Source of the DNA: Alphaproteobacteria bacterium
GTDB taxonomy: Bacteria > Pseudomonadota > Alphaproteobacteria > UBA828
Reading direction: 5' to 3'
Assembly: GCA_963667785.2 (NCBI GenBank)
Contig: CAXXMU010000001.1
Coordinates: forward strand, 64,001 to 128,000
Length of the DNA: 64,000 bases
Each line of letters begins with the position of its first letter. The first letter of the stretch is position 1. Positions 61,261 through 64,000 of the stretch are shown in pieces. The notes beneath the pieces were generated by a model, which had not been told where the DNA came from, did not search any database, and saw only the letters and a program-made list of their open reading frames with translations. A program made the position numbers and the translations under genes.

Positions 61261-61800
61261 CTATTCCGCCGCTGCCGGCACCCGCTCGATGCCGCTCTCG
61301 GTCAGCTTGTGGCCGCGGCGCTCGGCCTCCTCCAGCACGTCGTCCCGCCAGGTCACGCGGCCGGGGTCGGTGGCGCCGACGATGACGAAGAGCAGCCCCT
61401 CCTCGTCGCTCACGTTGCGGAAGCCCCGCATCACGTGGGGCGGGCAGGAGGCCACGTCCCAGGGATCGAGCAGGACGCAGCGGCTGTCCTCGTCGTCGCC
61501 CCAGAAAATCTTCCAGCGGCCCTTGAGGGGCATGAAGACCTCGTTGGTCTCGTGATCGTGGTGCAGCGTGCCCTTGCCGGGGCCGCAGCGCACCACGGAG
61601 ACGTTGAAGTCGCGGTTGTCCGAGATCGCGGCCTTCTGGGTCGCGTCCTCACCGACGCCGCGGCCGATGATGTGGAAGATCTCGCGCTCGCAGCCGGGGA
61701 TCACCGCGTCCAGCATCGGCAGCGTGCTGCCCTCGAGCGTGTCGAAGCGTGCAACGCGGGTCTTCTCGAACTCGTCCACCGTGATGATGTCGTCGTTCAT
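61261..61800 (-). CDS. Cupin domain protein
   Basis: HDHETNEVFMPLKGRW, PPHVMRGFRN. Confidence 0.88.
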   Translation of the reverse strand: MNDDIITVDEFEKTRVARFDTLEGSTLPMLDAVIPGCEREIFHIIGRGVGEDATQKAAISDNRDFNVSVVRCGPGKGTLHHDHETNEVFMPLKGRWKIFWGDDEDSRCVLLDPWDVASCPPHVMRGFRNVSDEEGLLFVIVGATDPGRVTWRDDVLEEAERRGHKLTESGIERVPAAAE

Positions 61801-61845
61801 CGCTCTGTCCTCTCGTCTCTCCTGCTCGTGCCCGATTCCGCTCTC

Positions 61846-63417
<1,572 letters not shown>

Positions 63418-64000
63418 TCAGCCGCCGGCGAGGCACCAGAGCAGGATCGCCTTCTGCGCCGGCACGCGGTTGGCGGCCTCGTCGAGCACCACCGACTGGG
63501 GTCCGTCGAGTACCGCGTCGGTCACCTCGCAGCCGCGCTTCGCCGGCAGGCAGTGCATGAAGAGCGCATCCGGCGCCGCCATCGCCATCACCGCCTCGTC
63601 CACGCGGTAGGGCTCGAACGCGACGTTGCCCTTGCGCGCCGGGTCGTCGTGCAGCGAGACCCAGGTGTCGGTCACGACGCAGTCGGCGCCGGAGACCGCG
63701 CTCGCCACGTCGGTGCCGACGGCGATGTCCGCGCCCCTCTCCCTGGCCCAGGCGACGACGCCGGGCTCCGGCGGGTAGGCGGGCGGGCAGGCGAGGCGCA
63801 GGCTGAAGCCGCAGAGCGCTGCGGTCTGCACCCAGGTCGCGGCCATGTTGTTGCCGTCGCCGAGCCAGGCGACCGAGCGGCCCGCGATGGGGCCGCGGTG
63901 CTCCTCGTAGGTCATCACGTCGGCCACGAGCTGGCAGGGGTGGCTGCGGTCGGTCAGCGCGTTGATGACCGGCACGGTGGCGCCCGCCGCCAGCGCCAGC
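63418..64000 (-). CDS. argF: Ornithine carbamoyltransferase, 3' part (5' end outside the window)
   Basis: PVINAL, HPCQ, GDGNN, TDTWVS, FMHCLPA. Confidence 0.92.
   Translation of the reverse strand, partial: LALAAGATVPVINALTDRSHPCQLVADVMTYEEHRGPIAGRSVAWLGDGNNMAATWVQTAALCGFSLRLACPPAYPPEPGVVAWARERGADIAVGTDVASAVSGADCVVTDTWVSLHDDPARKGNVAFEPYRVDEAVMAMAAPDALFMHCLPAKRGCEVTDAVLDGPQSVVLDEAANRVPAQKAILLWCLAGG

Overview
High-GC alphaproteobacterial chromosome segment; gene order (murA-DUF2948-hisG-hisD-UPF0262-LMW phosphatase-maf-RNase E/G-tRNA-Phe, hemF-coaBC-dut, recG, DUF192/DUF1491) suggests a Rhodospirillales-like organism. A host-associated lifestyle (e.g. marine sponge symbiont) is inferred from its eukaryote-like surface domains, not shown. 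About 58 CDSs and one tRNA-Phe(GAA). I saw no rRNA, CRISPR array, integrase, transposase or reverse transcriptase. Most of the window is housekeeping and catabolic genes. The accessory parts are: (i) 8.2-18.0 kb, two divergent autotransporter-type genes with paralogous barrels around a PAS/LuxR-HTH regulator and twin palindromic operators; one passenger carries an animal-type SRCR domain plus Ig-like repeats (gene split by a 1-nt frameshift), the other carries tandem Cache sensor domains; (ii) 29.1-31.1 kb, a passenger-less inverse-autotransporter barrel followed by a low-GC Cys-rich lipoprotein; (iii) a lower-GC molybdopterin oxidoreductase bracketed by a synonymously diverged duplicate of the ggt 3' end; (iv) two low-GC candidate defence inserts, a solo P-loop ATPase and a DUF262+HEPN pair beside a DNA methyltransferase; (v) a structured dispersed repeat in three copies with a conserved hairpin mismatch. 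All family calls come from motif recognition by eye, and GC statements are visual estimates.
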